Shown in pieces: positions 52,067 to 63,493 of a stretch of DNA of 64,000 nt. The notes beneath the pieces are model-generated. The model worked only from the letters and a program-made list of their open reading frames with translations. It made no database searches and had not been told where the DNA came from. Each line of letters begins with the position of its first letter. Within the stretch, counting starts at the first letter, position 1. The stretch comes from Amphiscolops sp. MND2022 (Eukaryota). Location: the NCBI GenBank assembly GCA_964187785.1, contig OZ076409.1:95172001-95236000 (forward strand). Direction: 5' to 3'. A program made the position numbers and the translations under genes.

Positions 52067-52709
52067 TTTTAAAGCGGTAGAAAATGCGAAGTTTCTTTTA
52101 ATCTATGCAGGCGAGATTGTTTATTTAGATTAGTGAAGCGCTGGTCAAGCTTTGTGAAAGTTGAACGACAAATGAACGTTTCACTTTGCTTTCTTTTGTA
52201 ATTCCCAACGAATTCTTATTGGTCGATTTCTGTTTTCGTTCCGGTTCGTCTCGAGTTAGGTGAAACGAACTCTTTTCTGCTGCGCTGTGATTGGTTTAAA
52301 TCTTTAAGGAAAACTTCTAATTTTAGCTCTCGTCCTCTTTTAGATTAATGGCGTAATGACATCTTTGATTTTCATTGTCGAATTACGTCCGTATTTCATG
52401 ATCTCTTGATGTTTTTCCATGATTTCCTTTAGTAATTCTCAATGAATGTCTATCCACCAGTAGTGTTTTTGGAAACGTTTTGTTTCGTCAATGCTTATGA
52501 TAAGCTTGAGATATGAAGCTATGAATGGTTCCTTTTCCTTTTGAGTGAGAATGATATTAAGTTCTTTTAATTAGATGCGTTCACGTAACGCGTTTTCGTC
52601 TTTTTCATTTTCCTCTTTAGGATTTCCGTGATAGTTCCGTGTAGTTTCTGTTTTATATTTCTCTTTTCTTTTAGATTTCCTTGACAATTCGTCTTTCATC
52701 GTGTCTGGT
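52067..52709. promoter_or_regulatory. Candidate bidirectional internal promoter / 5' UTRs
   Basis: Lies between two divergent ATGs; ATTGG boxes at 52218-52222 and 52290-52294; pyrimidine-AG acceptors at ~52620 and ~52674. Confidence 0.4.
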
Positions 52710-55700
52710 ATGATGGATCAAGAAGAGGTAGAACGTGGCACTGCTGTAACTTCTGGTCACATAAGTGGAAATGAGACTGGCTACAATTATTCCGAAGATG
52801 ACGTAGTGTCTACGGAGAATGTAGTTGGATTGTCTACTTCAGGTTGGTAAAATCTTTCTGACTTCCATGGGAATCCGGACCTTGGTATTTTTGGTGATCA
52901 GCCTTTTTGGTCCTACCCGTAACTCTGACGCGTCTGAATCCAGATCTTGATTTTCAGTAGCTCAACCTGGTTTTCCTTCCACTTCTCTTGGATTGGTTGT
53001 GGGAAATCCCTCTCCCGTTTTGCCACCAGCTAGTAGTCTCCTGTCAGTTGCAACTCCTCCTGGCTTTAGGGTTGCGCTTGCCCAGGCAGCTACGTCGGCC
53101 GTGCCCGCTGAATTTCCTCCTACTGAGGATATTGTTACGACTTGCTCTCGTACCCAACTCGATGCTGTGTCTCAAGGAGGTGAGACTGATTCCCCCTCCG
53201 AGGAAGAAACAAGTTAGTAGGTTTTGTCGTTGTCGTATTAATGCGCAGAAAGAAAGGTGGCTAGTGATGGGAGTATTGGGTTTGTGTTTTAGGTCCTTCA
53301 GTTCGTCAAAGGCGGTCACAGGTCGTGAGCTTTTCGACACCGCCTAAACGAGCTAAAACGGGCGATACTCCTCCTCCTTCACCATTGACTCCTGCCGAGG
53401 GGTGGATTAGTTAGTGTATTTTGTATTATCACACTGTTGCACAGGTATTGTTGTGGGGTTCGAATATTTTGACAAGTTAAAATAGTGTGATTTTTGAAAT
53501 CATCTACTTTGCAGGGTTGTTTTGTAGTGTCGTTGTGTTGTAGGTAACGACGAGTTGACGTTGAGTCCGCAGGGTCTGAAATTGATGGGTCAGCAGATTG
53601 TGGAAGAAGTTGACACGCGGACTGCTCGGGCAATTCGAAATAGTGAGTATTTGTTTGTACTATATGTATAGGTTAGTTGCAGGGTGGGTTTTTAGGGTAT
53701 GGTTTTTCACGATGTCATTCCGTTTGTCGTGTGTTGCAGGTTTCAGTGAGTTGAAAGCGAGGATGGACGCGCAAACTGGCAGTCGCACAAAAGCCAAAAA
53801 GTACAGTCGCAAGAACATGTTGAGCAAACGCATGTTATCGTTGCATCCCGCATATCGTGATTTCGTGAGCGGATCAAAGACAGGGGCCGGGACTCACTTT
53901 CATTGCCTGGTCTGTAAGCGTGATGTGGCCATGGGATCGCAGGGGTCTCGAGAGTTTGCTCGGCATTTCCAGTCTGACAGTCACTGGGACAAGGACGTCG
54001 TATACCGGGTTCATATGGGCATGCCCGTGTTGAACAAACTGATGGAGCCCTTGCAGCTAAGTGAAGAGCAGCTTGCTGAATATCGCGCGAAGCCTTTCGT
54101 TGAGCTGGGTACTGGGTACCCGTTTCCTGAGGATCTCCTGCCGAAACACTCCCGCGTGGAATCAAAAATTCCCTTCATGACCTTTGTGGGCTGTCTCTGT
54201 GATTTGTTGCGTTGTGGAGGCGATTTTGCTCTGGTGCGGCAACTCTGGAGTCACTTTTGTGTGTCACTGGACAAGCAGAAGGCTGATTTCACTTTGCATT
54301 GGAGTCGTTCGGAATCCGTGGTAAGTTGTGTGTTTGGTGTGTTTGTCTTCCTGTTCATCGTTTGGAGTTTGAGAGTTCATAATTTCCCGGTTTTATTTGT
54401 TGTTTCCAATAGTGTTCTTCTTTTGGAGTTATTGTGCTCTTCTTCTTCTCTCTTTTTCTTTCCTTTTTTTTCTCTTTTTTTTTCTTTTTTCAGACGTAGG
54501 TATAACGAATCATTGTGGCGTTTGTATTTTAGTCGTTTCTCTGTCAGGGGCTTGCTCCTCGAGTTCTCCGTCTAATGGTTAATGGGATAACGACGTTCAA
54601 GGACTATAGTATTCAGTTCGAGAAAGATCTTTTCGTGGAGCGTTGCTACGTCCTATTTTGGGAAAGTAATCAGTTGAAGAAAGTGTGTGTTGGGAGTGAG
54701 CCTATTGATCAGCCCGTTCCTGATGCAGAGTTGGTACCCTTGTCCCGCGTGATCCATGTTCTGGAGTCAAAGCATTTGCCGTTGATTGTTCGTGGTGCCA
54801 GTCCCAGTTTGCTGAGTGTGATGGGCAGTAATCGCTCGGATGGTCGCCGTTTTGTTGTGTACCACGAGTTCAATGAGGAGACCTTCATACAGTTCCTGCG
54901 TCAAGCCCATCAGGACATATTTGGGATGGTAGATATTATTACCATCGTGGAGTATTTGATTCAACGGCTCCGGAATGCAGTTTACGAGGAGTGGACGGAG
55001 GACAAGGTTGTGCTGTGCAGATGTCTTCGAAGAGGCTCCGTTGAGTTCTATGAGTATCGCGAGTTATTGACGGACTTGATTAGTCTTTGGCCTTCAATTC
55101 GTCCGTACATCCGTTGCACAGTCAATCCCGAAGCACGTGGCAAATCAGCTACTGTTAGTATTTTTATTGGTTGCTTTGTCGTTTGCATCACGTGTTGTTT
55201 GTAGCTATAGTCGGTTGGATTGTGTTTTTGTTCTTTTCCAGATGTTGGGGACAGACTGGCATCTGATTGCTGATAACATGATCGTGCAGCGTTTGGGTCT
55301 GTTACGATTTGTTCTCGACACTTATAAGTATGATGCTGATTGGTGTTGTTCTCGATTGATGCTTGTATCTATCCAGTATGATTGTGTCGTTTGTTATTGT
55401 CTGATTGCGTTTGGTGTTCGGTTGTAGTGTTCGGTATTATCTTTGTAAACCTTTGCTGGTGTTTTAGTTCAAATTAATTTTGAGAACATGCGTCAGCAAC
55501 GAAAGGATTACGGCTTCCATGGCTACAGTGAATTGTGCCATTTTGTGTATTGTCTACTTCTGCGGACTCGGGAGATTGAGTCATTGCCTGGTATCCATGA
55601 TTGGGAGGCGTACATGGACGTGAAGAAAATGTCCGAATACCCTGCTGCATCAATGGAGACTTTCTTGGACAATTGTGACTTCGGTCGTGAGTTGCTCGCT

Positions 55701-56693
55701 GGAAAAACGTCTGAGGCTCAGGAGTTCCGTAGATATTGTCGTGATTTCCTGGATCAGCTGGTCACTGTCATTTTGAACAGTCCTAGTGTGTCATCTGTTG
55801 TGGCGAAAGGTCTTTGCAGTTTCAGTCCTGAGATTCTGTTGGAGGGAGATGCCCATTCCGTGTTTACCTTGTTTGCGGATCTCACTGGAGTATTGGTTTC
55901 CTGTGGAATTTTATCGTCCGATGATTCCAACGCTGCTATTGCCCAATTCAGCAGTTACGTGGTGGAGAAAAGGAGGTGGCACGAAGGGTCTGACGTGAAT
56001 GCCAGCGAGATCCCGGATGTGGTACGCTATTTGCTGCAGGACTTTAGCTTTGTCGCTCGTCCGGAAGTGTGCCGAGTTCTGAAGTTATGCTGTCTTGTAG
56101 TTGGGGTCCCCGCAGTGCAGTATCCTCCCGTATCATTTGACCTGAGCGGCTGTGCTTTGAGTAAAGCTGTCTTCCATGATTGCGTACGCTTAGTGCAATC
56201 GTACGTTTTGTGTGCGGGGTATGAGCATCAGGTGTTCTTTACTGATGTGACTTTGGATGCGGTTCGAGATGCCATCGTTACTGCAGGGATCTTTTATATT
56301 ACTCCTGGCTATGATCTCTGGAAGAATTACTGTGATCCTGGTGTGGACTCATTCATCGCCAACTATCGCAAATTGTATTCTACATTTTTGTTGGAACGCC
56401 GCAAATCTTCAGAGAGGTATTATGTGGAGTGCAATAAAGCGAACAGACGTGCTCGTGGCAGTGTCGGGGCTTCTGGATCGGAGACTGGCAGTAATGTGAG
56501 CGGCGCCTCGAAGAAGAGTAAGAGCGGGAGTACTACGATACATGGTGGTGCGTCCGGGTCAAAGTCTGTGAAAAAGGTATCTAGTCAGTCTAGTCATTCT
56601 GGACAGTCGAAGAAACCAAAAGGTGGTACGAAGGGGCGGAAGAAAGATTCCAGTGAGGAACGAGATCCTGATGTCGTCCATAGAGTGGCATAA
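52710..56693 (+). CDS. Antisense spliced accessory gene (~1040 aa): disordered N-terminus, BED/TTF-like zinc finger, possible inactivated hAT-transposase-like body, basic tail
   Basis: Exons 52710-52842, 52958-53212, 53293-53409, 53544-53642, 53740-54320, 54533-55153, 55242-~55327 and ~55468-56693. The first six introns are GT-AG and phase-consistent (1, 1, 1, 1, 0, 0); the last junction is off by 1 nt with the best-looking sites. Contains CLVC-x16-H-x5-H. Confidence 0.78.
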
Positions 56694-56841
56694 TTGTGAT
56701 GGTAGACATTTATAGGTTGTAGACTGTTTGATGTTTGTTATTGTTGATGATATTTTGGCGTTGTTTTTAGTATTTTATTTGTATTTTTGTTATATTTAAC
56801 GTAGTCACTCCGGTTCGGTTTGACATGAGGAACTTTTCGTT

Positions 56842-59800
56842 CTAGGCGTGAGTTTGACGTAGTTCTTCCGTCGTAGCTGAGTCTAGCATTCTGAAGTCAG
56901 GATTCACGTTAGGTTTCGGATTAGGTCTCAGATTGTATCGACCTACTTTCCTAGGGTTATATCCAACGACTATAGGCGGTAGTTCAGGCGTTTTGGGCGG
57001 GCTTTCTAGAGGCGGTGGTGTTAGTATATAGGGATTGTCACTGACATCCAGATTAAATGACGTTACGTTGTCGGGGGGTGTTTTGTCTCCTTCGGCTGTT
57101 TCGTTTGTGGCTGTTTGAGCCACGTCATTTTCCGTTGTAATCTCGCTTGTGGTTGTTTGAACCACGTCATTTTGCGTTGTATGTTCGTCACTTTCGATTG
57201 TATCTGTGATCTCTGTGATTGTAGTTTCTTCTTTGGCGTTTTCCGTTGTGTCTCCGAACAGAACTTCTCCGAATTCGGTTTCCCAAGCTTGCGCGTACCA
57301 ATCATTGTGGGTTGTTTTAACCTCTGGATCTGGAAGGTAATCTTCCCTTCTGACTGTTACGTCAGGTACTCGCTGATTGGGCGCATATAGCCTTAGGCGA
57401 ATTCTATGGAGGGTTTGCGTGTAGCGGGTTCCCGTGCGGCGTACGACGTAGTTGTTGTTGGACAGTACTTTGACGATTATGTACGGACCCGTCCAGATGC
57501 AATCTTTGAAAGCGAATTTCATTGACTGGTTGTCAGCTTTCGGATTCAAGACGTAGCAGTAGTCATTCACTTTGAGTGGCGTTGCAGTCGCTTTCTTGTC
57601 GTAGTATTGTTTGTACTTGAGATATGACTGCATGAGATTGTCTTTAGCTGCTTGTTGTATCTCAGCTATCTGCTTCTGTAGTTGATCCGTTAGTTCGTCG
57701 TTGTTGTCTTTTTTCCATTCCGGCTTTAGTCCCAGTTTGATGTCTAGGATGTTATACGGGATGCGTCCGTGAAACACTGTTGTAGGTTCGCAGCCTAAAC
57801 TTTCTTGGTAGCTTGTATTGTAATTCATGACTGCTATTTGGACATATTTGTGCCACATGGATCGTCGTTCTCCCGTCGATATCTTTAGGGAGGTTTTTAA
57901 AGAGGCATGAGTCCTTTCTAGGATGCCAATGGTTTGAGCGTGTTTCGTCGTTGCGTGGCTTATTCGTATATCGAGTGTTCGTGCTATTTGGTCGACTATT
58001 TCTGATCTGAATTGTGATCCTTTATCTGTTAGTATAACGGTCGGTAGGTAGCAGTGTCGTGTCATGACGTCTATTATGCAGCGTGCGACTGTTTTTGCTG
58101 TCATGTCCTGTGTCGGGTATGCGAAAAGATAACGAGAGAAGACGTCCATCATCGTGACGATGTGCCGATATCCATTGGAGGATGGTAGATTTGGTAGTAT
58201 ATCTACTTCTAGGCAATCTTCTGGTCCCAATGTGAATTCAGTGTTGCTCAGCATTTTGGGACGTATCTGTCGCGTGTCGATTCTTTTGTTGGCGATGCAG
58301 TCTGGGCAACTGGTTACCCAGGCGCGGATTTTTCGTGCGAGTCCCGGGAAATAGTATTTGGCTCGGCATTCTTGTATCATCTTTGTTATTCCTGGATGTT
58401 TATTTGTCTTGCCATGTAGTGTTGATAGGAGTTCTGGTACAAGGTGTTTAGGAATGATGACTTGATTGTGCGTGACTGATCCGTCCTCACCGTAGTATTT
58501 GCGCATTAGTACCCCATCTTTCATGATGATTCTTTCTTCGTGGCGCAGTAGGTGGCGTCCTCGTGGTTCAGTCTTTAGTAGGTGTTTGTCGTATTCTTCG
58601 TGCGACACCCGTTGTTTTAACGCTTTCAGTAGGGGGTCTGCATCTTGTTCGTTTCTGATTCGTGCGTTTTCTTTGATCGCTCCGAATGCATATACTGCGG
58701 AGTTGAGGGGTATTTTGATGACTTCGGTGACTTTGGTAGAAAGATCTTTTTCATGTTCGTCGTTGGCACGTTGTTTGCTGAGGGCTTTCCTAGCGAAGAT
58801 TTCTTGTTCTGATTCTTCCTCTTCATCTGGGAGGAAGAAAAGTTGTTCTTCATCCGCTACATCCGATGATTGTAGGTTTACTTCTATCGGTGCCGTAAGT
58901 ATGTCGTCTCGTAATTTCAGTTGTACTTTCTCTTTAGGTGTGAGTTCAAGTCTTGAGAGGAAATCTGCTGCCGTATTTTGTGACCCTGCTACGTGCATGA
59001 TGCGGAAATTAAATTGGAGTACATAGTCGCAGGAATTCCAAAGTGCAGGTGGTGTAGTTTTCGTTTGGAAAAATCGTGTGACTGAACGGTTGTCAGTTAA
59101 AACTAGCGTCGGTATTGTCGCTTCCCATAATATTTGGCTGTATTCGAGGAAGGCGTGATATATGGCTAGAAATTCTTTGCAATAGATTGACATTTTCAGT
59201 TGTGCTGGTGAAAAAACACGGGATCCAAACGCGACAGGTGCGAAGGTTTTCTTTTTGGATAGTATTTTCTTTTCATCGTTTTCTTCTATCATGAGGGCAT
59301 AGCCTGATGCGCGAAAACTTGCGTCTGTCATGAGAACGTATTGCTTTCCTGCTAAGGGCTGTCGGAGCGCGAGGCCACATGCTTCTGCTAGGCTGTCATT
59401 GATTTCTTTGAAGTTGTCGACGAGTTCTTCAGATATTTTGATCTTGGCGTCGGCCTTTAGGAGTTCGTACATGCCTATGAGTTTTTCGGACAGGCGGGGT
59501 ATGTAATTGCGATAATAATTGACGAATCCGATGTATTTTTGAACCTGTTTTTTGGACTTGGGGAATCGGACTTTAGAAAGGAAGTTTTTGACTTTCTGGT
59601 CTTGCGGTGCTATTCCGTCTGGGGTGATGGTTCTGCCGAGGAATTCAACTTGTGTAACTCCGAAATGACATTTTTCGATTGTCAATTTCAGGCCTGCTTG
59701 TCTGATGCATTTGAAAACTGCTCTAATGTTTTTGATGAGTTGTTCCGTCGTGTTTGCGGCAATACCAATGTCATCTACATACTGTGCACACTGATCTGCT

Positions 59801-62090
59801 TTGATGACTGCGTCGAGGTACTCTCGCATGAAGCTTGAGAAGGCTGAGAGGGCTCTACTTAGTCCTTGGGCTAGGCGTCGGTAGGCGAACGTTCTACTAG
59901 CAAAGTTAAAAGCAAGTAATTCTACTGACCTTTGATCTGCCATTTGAAGGCAGTGGTACGCTTGGGAGCAGTCGAGTTTGCAGAAAAGTTTTTTCCCAGC
60001 TAGGTGTTGTGCCGCATCTGAGAGGGTGCTGACGGGGTGGTTGTTGTTGATGTAGTCATCTGCTATGAGTGCGTTGATTTTGCGCAGATCCACCAGTAGT
60101 CTCAGTTTGCCGTTGGGTTTCCGTTGTGCAAATATAGGACTGGCGTACTTGGAGAAGGGGAGTGTCGTGATGATGCCGTATTTGTGCATGAGGGCCAGCT
60201 CTACTGTCAGGTCTTCTTTGAGATTGATTGGGACTGGTAGACTCTGGGTGTATACTGGTTTATCATCTCTTGGTGTGAGGCTGACTTTGAATTGCGTGTT
60301 CATTCCGATGTCGAGACGGTGGCGGGCAAATATGTCGTTAAATTCGACTAGTGTGGTTTCAAGGTTTTCACGGTCTTTGCCCGTAATTAGTGAGTCGGTC
60401 CATTTGAATAACGAAAGGAATTTGTGTCGAGATTCGGCGTTTTCAGTTGGATCTAGTTTTTCTAGTTCGGCAAGTTCTCGTAGTTCTTTCAAAATTCGTT
60501 TTTGTATGGTGGTGTGTTCTTGTTCATTGCCAGGGTTGTCTGGGGTTGGGAACCAGAATTTTTCTTCAATATCTTCGGGTTTGTCGACTTGCATAAGTGC
60601 GTTGATGTATGTGACTACATCATCGTGCTCTGTTAGGAGGTTGAGTGCAGCGATGTCCACAGGCCGTATCAGTTTCGTTTCTTCTGGTTTGAGGATTTGT
60701 AGTTCCGCGATCTTGGTGTCTGGAGCTATCGTGTAGGGGAAGTCTGTTGTGTTGGCGACCTTGATTGCTACTTTCTTGCTTCTGGCTGTTGTGATTGCTG
60801 GGGCTACTATTAGTTTTGAGTTTTCGTCGAATTGTGGTAGGGGCTGGATTGTCCCTGTGATGGTGTGTTCTGTTGTCACGGGTATCACTGTGTATATTAT
60901 TCGCGTTGCTTGTGCTGGTATAGTATGTTTCGCTTCCGTTTTAATGGTGATAGGTTTCAGATTGCATTTTTGCATTTCGTCTGTGAGTGCCATCGTAATT
61001 TGAATCTTCGGGAAGTCAATTGTTCCCTGCGCAGTGTCAAGAATTGCGGCATGTTTCCGTAGGAATGCTAGTCCGATGATGGGGAAAGACATCTGGTTCA
61101 TGACAATGAACGTTTCCTCAAAGGTATAGTTGCCAATTTTGAAACGTAATGTATACGTTGCCAGAGGTTGCTCGAGTTCAGCATTAGCATATTGTACCTT
61201 GAAAGGGGGTGGGGGTGCCTTGTGTATGATGCACTGGTTTGCATCTTGTCGGAGTTTTTCGGCGTCTCTTTCACTAATGGCGTTGATGTATGCACCTGAG
61301 TCGACGAGGGCGTCTATTTTGACGGAATTGAAGTCTACTGGTAAGAAAAGCATTCGTTTTTTCTTTTTCAGTGTAATTGCTGACATTAGCGGAATGTAGT
61401 CGTCATCTTTGTCATGTTGTATGAATTCCTTGATGACGTCTAGGTCGTCGGGTAGTGATGTTGGGTATTCTATTTCTGCATCGTTACTTCTCGTCATCGC
61501 TGTGGCTGGTGCTGTCTGTGTGGGCGGTGGAGATGATGAATCAATGGTTGGGTCTTCAGTCTTCTGTTGCCACAACGTTTTATCTTCGATGCAAATGATG
61601 TCCTCTGCGTTTATGGGCGTGGACGTGACGGTGACGGGCCCTGTTGGGGAAGGTCCTGGGTTCTTCAATATTGGGGAGGGCGGTGGTGGAAAGTGATGTG
61701 TTTCTCTGGGCTGGGGCTGTGGGTTTGGTATCTGGATTTTGAAAGCAGGTTTGTTGTGGTCGTATATGTGGGGGTTGTCCCAAGGATCACATCTGTAGTC
61801 CACGTCATATATGTATGTTCGTTCGGTTTTGGATTCTGGCAGAGGTCGTTTCAGTGTGGCATAATTGTCGGGCGACTCCGTTATCCATTGGGGTAGTGGT
61901 ATTGGTTCTTCTGGGTGTCGTGCATTGTGTCTAAGTATCATGCCTACGTTCCAACGACGTTGCCAGTCCTGTGTCGGTTCTTCGTTGCATTCTGTGAAAA
62001 AATCTTCCTCGTATCTGTTTGGGGGGTCTTCGATGGTGTAGGCCTCGCGTCTACTTTTTCCCCGAACCGTAAACGCGGCGATTTTAGTTT
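56842..62090 (-). CDS. pol: Gypsy Pol polyprotein (protease, RT, RNase H, integrase)
   Basis: LVDSGA (protease), LRLLVDLR/YVDD (RT), TDAS..EFLA..TDNR (RNase H), H-H-CxxC, EVD/TDKGSQF/ILERTH (integrase) and WTGPY. Uninterrupted 1781-codon frame, presumably reached by frameshift from gag. Confidence 0.97.
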
Positions 62091-62093
62091 TTT
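62030..62093 (-). promoter_or_regulatory. Ribosomal frameshift signal (slippery heptamer plus stem-loop)
   Basis: A AAA AAC (62093-62087) immediately before the gag TAA, followed 9 nt later by the stem cgcgtttac / gtagacgcg. Confidence 0.7.
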
Positions 62094-63493
62094 GTTTGGG
62101 TATTGGCGGTGGGGACAGGGGCGTCACTGATTTTGTCCGTGGGGATGGTGAATTCCCTCTTCTTTCGTCTGGGGTCATTTGCCGCATTTGCTCCGTTCCA
62201 ACAATTCTCGGTTTTGTGCATTTTTCCGCATGTATTGCACTTGGGTTTGGGGGCTTCGCTTTGGTTTAAGTCTTTGGTAGGAGGTTTGGCGTTGTTGTAG
62301 CGTTCTCTCTGGAGCCTGCGACACTGTGCTTTATAGTGGCCGTATTTGCCGCAGTGGAAACAATGACCTCGTTGTTGTTGGTCTTTTTTGTCTTCCGTCA
62401 CTACAGCGTCCACTGTGTTGAGTGGGACTAGGGTGGTTTCATCGGGCGCTCCTAGTCCGTTTAATCGCATTTCCCGTTCGAGGTGGAGAATTATATCATT
62501 GTAGGGTTTATCCTCCAAGTATGCCCTGTTGAGTATCTTTTTTACGTGGTCGGGCATTTTGGCGTAGATTGCGTTGTCGATGAATTTCTGTGCTTCAGAG
62601 CCAAACGCTTCTTTGGCGGTTTTTTGTAGGACATCAAGGAATTCGTGTAGTTTTTGTATGGTGGGGTCAAAGTGGAGTGCGTCCCACTCGCATCTTGCTT
62701 TGGCGGAGGATTGAAAATCGCCAAAACGTCGTTTGAAAGCCGTTATGACTTCTTCCAGATTGTCTTTTTTAGTGTCGTCTAAGTTGCAGTACGCTTGAAG
62801 TGCGTTCCCGCGTAGTAGTGAGTGGAAATAGTTGATTTTTTGGATTTCCGTCAAGTGGGGATACATTTTAATATTGTTTCGGAACAAGTCCTCAAAAAGT
62901 TCAAATTTTTCGGACTTACCATCGAAAACTGGAAGCGAAGCTGTGAGGGCTTTCGGCATCGGAAGTGGGTGGGCAGATGGGAACGTCTGCGGTTGTGGTG
63001 CGAACAGTATCTTTGACGTGGATGGTCGGTCTTTTGGTTGTTCGGTGAGTATACGTTGTGCTTTTGGTCTTTTGGTGGGTTGGTTAGTGGAATCATTGAG
63101 GACTCCTGTCACCATGTTACGACTATTGTTCGGTGTTGTTTTAGAACTAGTCGCAGTTTGTGTTTTGACTGGGGTGGACGTTCTTGCTACGGAGATGTTT
63201 TCTTGGTCAGAATCAGAATCTTGCAAGTTCGGATTAACTGAACGTTTCTTGCTCGCAGGTGCTATTAATTTGAGCATTTCCTTTTGATTTTCAGCTAATA
63301 TTTTTGTTAGATCAGTCATTATCTCTTTTCTCAGTGTTGTTTTTATTTCCTCCAGATTTTCAAGCTCAAGTCTAGGGTTTTTACTAGAGCTAGGTATCAG
63401 GTTCTCAGTGGAGTTATTTTCAGTTAGAGAAGCTTCAAAATCTCCCGACGCTAACTCGGCTATAGCTTTTCTCTTCTGGCTCCTTGTCGTCAT
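62084..63493 (-). CDS. gag: Gag (capsid-like core plus two zinc knuckles), first ATG inside the 5' LTR
   Basis: MTTRSQKRK...LPVFDGKSEKFELFEDLF...CFHCGKYGHYKAQC...CNTCGKMHKTENC; ATG at 63493. Confidence 0.92.
   Translation of the reverse strand: MTTRSQKRKAIAELASGDFEASLTENNSTENLIPSSSKNPRLELENLEEIKTTLRKEIMTDLTKILAENQKEMLKLIAPASKKRSVNPNLQDSDSDQENISVARTSTPVKTQTATSSKTTPNNSRNMVTGVLNDSTNQPTKRPKAQRILTEQPKDRPSTSKILFAPQPQTFPSAHPLPMPKALTASLPVFDGKSEKFELFEDLFRNNIKMYPHLTEIQKINYFHSLLRGNALQAYCNLDDTKKDNLEEVITAFKRRFGDFQSSAKARCEWDALHFDPTIQKLHEFLDVLQKTAKEAFGSEAQKFIDNAIYAKMPDHVKKILNRAYLEDKPYNDIILHLEREMRLNGLGAPDETTLVPLNTVDAVVTEDKKDQQQRGHCFHCGKYGHYKAQCRRLQRERYNNAKPPTKDLNQSEAPKPKCNTCGKMHKTENCWNGANAANDPRRKKREFTIPTDKISDAPVPTANTQTKN
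63102..63114 (-). promoter_or_regulatory. Primer-binding site (possibly tRNA-Leu)
   Basis: TGGTGACAGGAGT directly after the LTR end; complementary to ...ACUCCUGUCACCA, which resembles Leu tRNA 3' ends. Confidence 0.8.

Noticed and set aside
51203..56693. env gene
   Set aside because: No signal peptide, furin site or TM anchor. The hydrophobic stretches in ORFs 53598-54575 and 55137-55427 are translated T-rich introns.
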